Assembly (NCBI GenBank): GCA_019057865.1
Contig: JAHLWP010000009.1
Coordinates: 1 to 64,000, forward strand
Direction: 5' to 3'
DNA from: Promethearchaeota archaeon
Lineage (GTDB): Archaea; Asgardarchaeota; Lokiarchaeia; Sigyniarchaeales; SOKP01
Length of the DNA: 64,000 nt
The notes under the pieces are model-generated. The model was not told the DNA's origin. It did no database searches and saw only the letters and a list, made by a program, of their open reading frames with translations. This document shows positions 60,920 through 64,000 of the stretch, piece after piece; within the stretch, counting starts at the first letter, position 1; every line of letters begins with the position of its first letter. A program made the position numbers and the translations under genes.

Positions 60920-62185
60920 TTAGTTGGTTTTCTTTTTTACAAGTTTTTCTAAATAATTCTGAAAACTTTGAGTTAATTTTCCCCTATAATAAGTATTCTT
61001 TCCTGTTTCTTTTTGATATTTTTTAGCTATTTTTCGCTTCCATTCTTGAAAATTTTTTGTCTCCATTCCATTCCATACAGCATTCTTACCGGTTAATGAT
61101 TCAAATGCAAAAGATTCAGAAATGGCTCTTTCTTCTTTTTTAGGTATTGTATTGGAAGTCTTCTTCTTAATAGGGATTTTTTTTTTATTGGATTTAGTTT
61201 TCGGAAGATTTCTCAAGTATTGAGTAAAATTATTCGTAGGTTTTCCTTTATAATAGGCAGTTTTTCCAGTTTCTTTACGATACTTATTGGCAACTTTTAC
61301 TTTCCATTCTTGAAAATTCTTTGTTTCTACTCCATTCCATATAGCATTCTTACCAGTTAAAGTTTCAAATACTCCTACTTCAGAATTTTCTTTATCTTCT
61401 TTTTTAGGAATACTCTTTTTAGATTTTGGTTTAATAGGTGTTTTTTTCTTTTTATCAGTTTTACTTTCTAAAAGATTCTTTAAATATTGGGAAAAATATT
61501 TTGTAGGTTTTCCCTTATAATAAGTAATTTTTCCAGATTCTATTCGATATTTATTTATATTCTTAGCTTTCCAATTTTTAAAAGCTTTAGTTTCAGTTTC
61601 ATTCCAAAAAGCATTTTTATTAGTAAGTTTTTCAAATACAAATACCTCTACATCTTGAAGTATTTTTTCCTCTTTTAATTGCTTTAGGTTATTCTTTATT
61701 TTTCTCTGGTGAGATTTGATTTCTGGTTGTTTTTTATGATTTATAGTTCTTAAAAACTCTGAACAACTTAGTTTTTTTCCTGTACCATTTGTAAAAAAAG
61801 GATCCTCTAAAACATCCATATGAACAGAAAAATCGAAAATTTGGTGATCATTTAAGCTTGGCCCCATATATTTAGCTAAAACAACAATAGTACCATTATT
61901 TTGAGAAATATCAATAAGGTTATTAGAGGTTTGGGTGGATTGATATAAAGATAGATGATTGAAATCATTAATTCTGTCAATACTTTTAATATTTTCTCTA
62001 TTTTTAATTATTGAATTATAATTAGGCTGCTTTTTCCCATTAATTGAAACATCAAGAGCAGTTAATCTATATTCCATATTTTTTTTCAGTGTTTTTTGAA
62101 TCACAAACTTAATGAATTTCTTCACTTGATTCCATTTTGATGTTTCAACTAAACCTATAATTTCTCTTAAGCTTTCCTCAGACAT
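60920..62185 (-). CDS. Hypothetical basic protein with three ~88-aa repeats carrying the NAIW motif
   Basis: Repeat units start at 61636, 61369 and 61105. Confidence 0.8.
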   Translation of the reverse strand: MSEESLREIIGLVETSKWNQVKKFIKFVIQKTLKKNMEYRLTALDVSINGKKQPNYNSIIKNRENIKSIDRINDFNHLSLYQSTQTSNNLIDISQNNGTIVVLAKYMGPSLNDHQIFDFSVHMDVLEDPFFTNGTGKKLSCSEFLRTINHKKQPEIKSHQRKIKNNLKQLKEEKILQDVEVFVFEKLTNKNAFWNETETKAFKNWKAKNINKYRIESGKITYYKGKPTKYFSQYLKNLLESKTDKKKKTPIKPKSKKSIPKKEDKENSEVGVFETLTGKNAIWNGVETKNFQEWKVKVANKYRKETGKTAYYKGKPTNNFTQYLRNLPKTKSNKKKIPIKKKTSNTIPKKEERAISESFAFESLTGKNAVWNGMETKNFQEWKRKIAKKYQKETGKNTYYRGKLTQSFQNYLEKLVKKKTN

Positions 62186-62290
62186 TTAGAACACTTGATA
62201 TTAAAACGCCTAAAATACCTCAAGTTATGGAAAAAAAAAGAATATACACTTTTTCCCAAAATATAGATAAAAAAAGATCTTAATATATTT

Positions 62291-63115
62291 TTATTTTTGA
62301 GCAGAAAAATTTCCTTTTTCAAGATAAAATTTATTATATAATAAAATTATCAAAACTGCTGCTACTCCTGTTGAGAAAAGAACATCTGATGCAAAGTGAG
62401 CGCCAATTATAATAGTACTAATTCCTACTAATGAGCCCCACGTTATTGTAAGTATTGTAACGATAATTCTAATAGGATCTTTCCATTCTCGATCTTTTAT
62501 TAAGATTAAGAAAGGTAAAAATAACCAACCTTGAGCAGTATGACCACTTGGAAAACTAAAATTTCCAAAACTTGGTCCAGGAGGAATAAACCAAGGAGTA
62601 TAATCGGTATAACCAGCTGCTAAATAATTAAAACGAATTCTCCCACATAATAGTTTAGTAACTTGCACAAATAATAATGAATTGATGATGGAAAGTGCTA
62701 CAAATATTGTAGCAATTTTTTTATATTCTCTCCAGTCCTTTTTTAAAAATGCAATTAAAAGGATTAAATTAACGAAAGCCATTCCTGCACTCAAATTAAG
62801 TAACCATGGATTCCAAAGAATTAAAGAAATAATGAATATGATTAATCCAATAAAAATTAATACAACTGCCGGGATTTTTTGCTTTTTTACGTCTTCAATA
62901 TAACTTCCTATCAATAATGCTCCAGTAGCAAATGATAAGCCCCAACCTGGAGCTTCAAAAAAATATAAAAATTTAGCTAATAAGAAATCTCTGTCTACAA
63001 CTGCTTTAGATATTTCTAAATCTGTAAATCCGAAGATAATTGCTAAAACAATCCAGGAAAGTATTATTATCAATAATAATTTTGCTAAAAATGTTTCTTT
63101 TAATTTTTCTAACAT
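62291..63115 (-). CDS. PAP2-family membrane phosphatase
   Basis: K...GRIR, SFPSGH and HFASD motifs. Confidence 0.85.
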   Translation of the reverse strand: MLEKLKETFLAKLLLIIILSWIVLAIIFGFTDLEISKAVVDRDFLLAKFLYFFEAPGWGLSFATGALLIGSYIEDVKKQKIPAVVLIFIGLIIFIISLILWNPWLLNLSAGMAFVNLILLIAFLKKDWREYKKIATIFVALSIINSLLFVQVTKLLCGRIRFNYLAAGYTDYTPWFIPPGPSFGNFSFPSGHTAQGWLFLPFLILIKDREWKDPIRIIVTILTITWGSLVGISTIIIGAHFASDVLFSTGVAAVLIILLYNKFYLEKGNFSAQK

Positions 63116-63187
63116 AACTCTTTCTCGTTTTCCCTTTAATAAAAGTTTATTTATTATCTCATGTATAAAGTATTTTTATTTCTATTT

Positions 63188-63532
63188 TTAAAGTATTTGA
63201 ACGCATTTCAAAGGAACCCATCCATGTTTCCCTTCTTTATTAGTAGCCCATACCCATTCACTTTCTATTTTTTCAATTTCTAATTTTTCACCTACTTTTA
63301 CTGTAAGTTCTGTAGCTTCATAATCTTGTAAAACTTTAGAAGAATCTTCATAAATTTCGAGATAATTTTCTGGTATCCAACGCCCTTTTCCCAATTCATT
63401 TATGCACCATACCCAACCACTCCACTTACTCTCTTTCTTTTCAAATCTTAAAATCTCTCCTTTAGTAAATCTTATTGGATCCGGGTAAGCTGCTTTATAT
63501 TCTTTAATGACTCGGCAATACTGTTTCTTCAT
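63188..63532 (-). CDS. Tandem SH3-domain protein (prokaryotic type)
   Basis: GWVWC...WIPENYL and EWVW...GWVP motifs. Confidence 0.8.
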   Translation of the reverse strand: MKKQYCRVIKEYKAAYPDPIRFTKGEILRFEKKESKWSGWVWCINELGKGRWIPENYLEIYEDSSKVLQDYEATELTVKVGEKLEIEKIESEWVWATNKEGKHGWVPLKCVQIL

Positions 63533-63592
63533 AATTATTTTATATCATTAAATGATTTATATTTTAGAGAAAAAGTTAAAGTGATAAAAACT

Positions 63593-64000
63593 ATGGTTGT
63601 ATGTCGTTTTTTAGGGAATGCCTGCATAGAATTAATTAGCGAAAAAGATCATATAATTATTGATCCTGTGTTTTTGGCATATCCAAAAAAAGGAATTGAA
63701 TCAATATTTTTAACACATCATCATCCAGATCACACTAATCTTGAAAAAATTAATGAAATTAAGAAAGGGTTTTCAAAAGAAGGTAAGGAACTCGAGATTT
63801 TTGGTCCAGAATGTATTCATGAAGAATTCAATCTCGATTTTACTCTAATTTTACCAGGCTCAAAAGTTGATCTTAACAATGGCTATATAGAAGTCTTTGA
63901 AAATAATTGTTGGAAAGCTGAAGGATGTGTAGCTTATTTAATAGAAATAGATGGTAAAAAAATACTCCATACAGCAGACTCAGCAGATTATTCAGAACAA
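63593..64000 (+). CDS. MBL-fold hydrolase, runs off the window edge
   Basis: IIIDP, THHHPDH and LHTAD; no stop before 64000. Confidence 0.8.
   Translation, partial: MVVCRFLGNACIELISEKDHIIIDPVFLAYPKKGIESIFLTHHHPDHTNLEKINEIKKGFSKEGKELEIFGPECIHEEFNLDFTLILPGSKVDLNNGYIEVFENNCWKAEGCVAYLIEIDGKKILHTADSADYSEQ

Noticed and set aside
63188-63532. SH3 protein as a eukaryotic signature partner of the PxxP protein at 50976
   Set aside because: It resembles a widespread prokaryotic tandem-SH3 family, lies 12 kb away, and nothing links the two.
1-64000. tRNA, rRNA, integrase or transposase
   Set aside because: No GC-rich structured RNA segment or recombinase motif was seen by eye; a tRNAscan/Infernal run would be needed to exclude RNA genes.

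Overview
AT-rich (roughly 30% GC by eye) prokaryotic window. Gene content points to an Asgard archaeon of Lokiarchaeia type; this is inference from an MglA-type GTPase with three Roadblock genes, an SCP2 fusion, archaeal-type TA families and GGTGA/GAGGTG ribosome-binding motifs. I found no rRNA, tRNA, CRISPR array, transposase or integrase. About 1-28 kb is a plasticity region. The 3' end of a small membrane-protein gene recurs five times, three times together with the 3' end of the convergent M29 aminopeptidase gene, and these copies bracket cargo blocks. The cargo includes 8 toxin-antitoxin modules (two HEPN toxins broken), gapN, a secreted metalloprotease and a defence-like cluster: nurA, herA with one internal TGA, a small protein with a 'ETGKNAIW' motif, and an AAA+ ATPase/PD-(D/E)XK fusion. 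28.4-31.6 kb is a shuffled MglA/Roadblock locus. 32-64 kb is mostly metabolic (hydrolases, radical SAM enzymes, nitroreductases, MBL-fold proteins) with three more TA pairs and a protein built from repeats of the same NAIW motif. The best candidates for an undescribed system are the NAIW-protein plus ATPase-nuclease plus NurA-HerA cluster, and the repeat-bracketed accretion hotspot. All family calls come from motif recognition only; no database searches were run.
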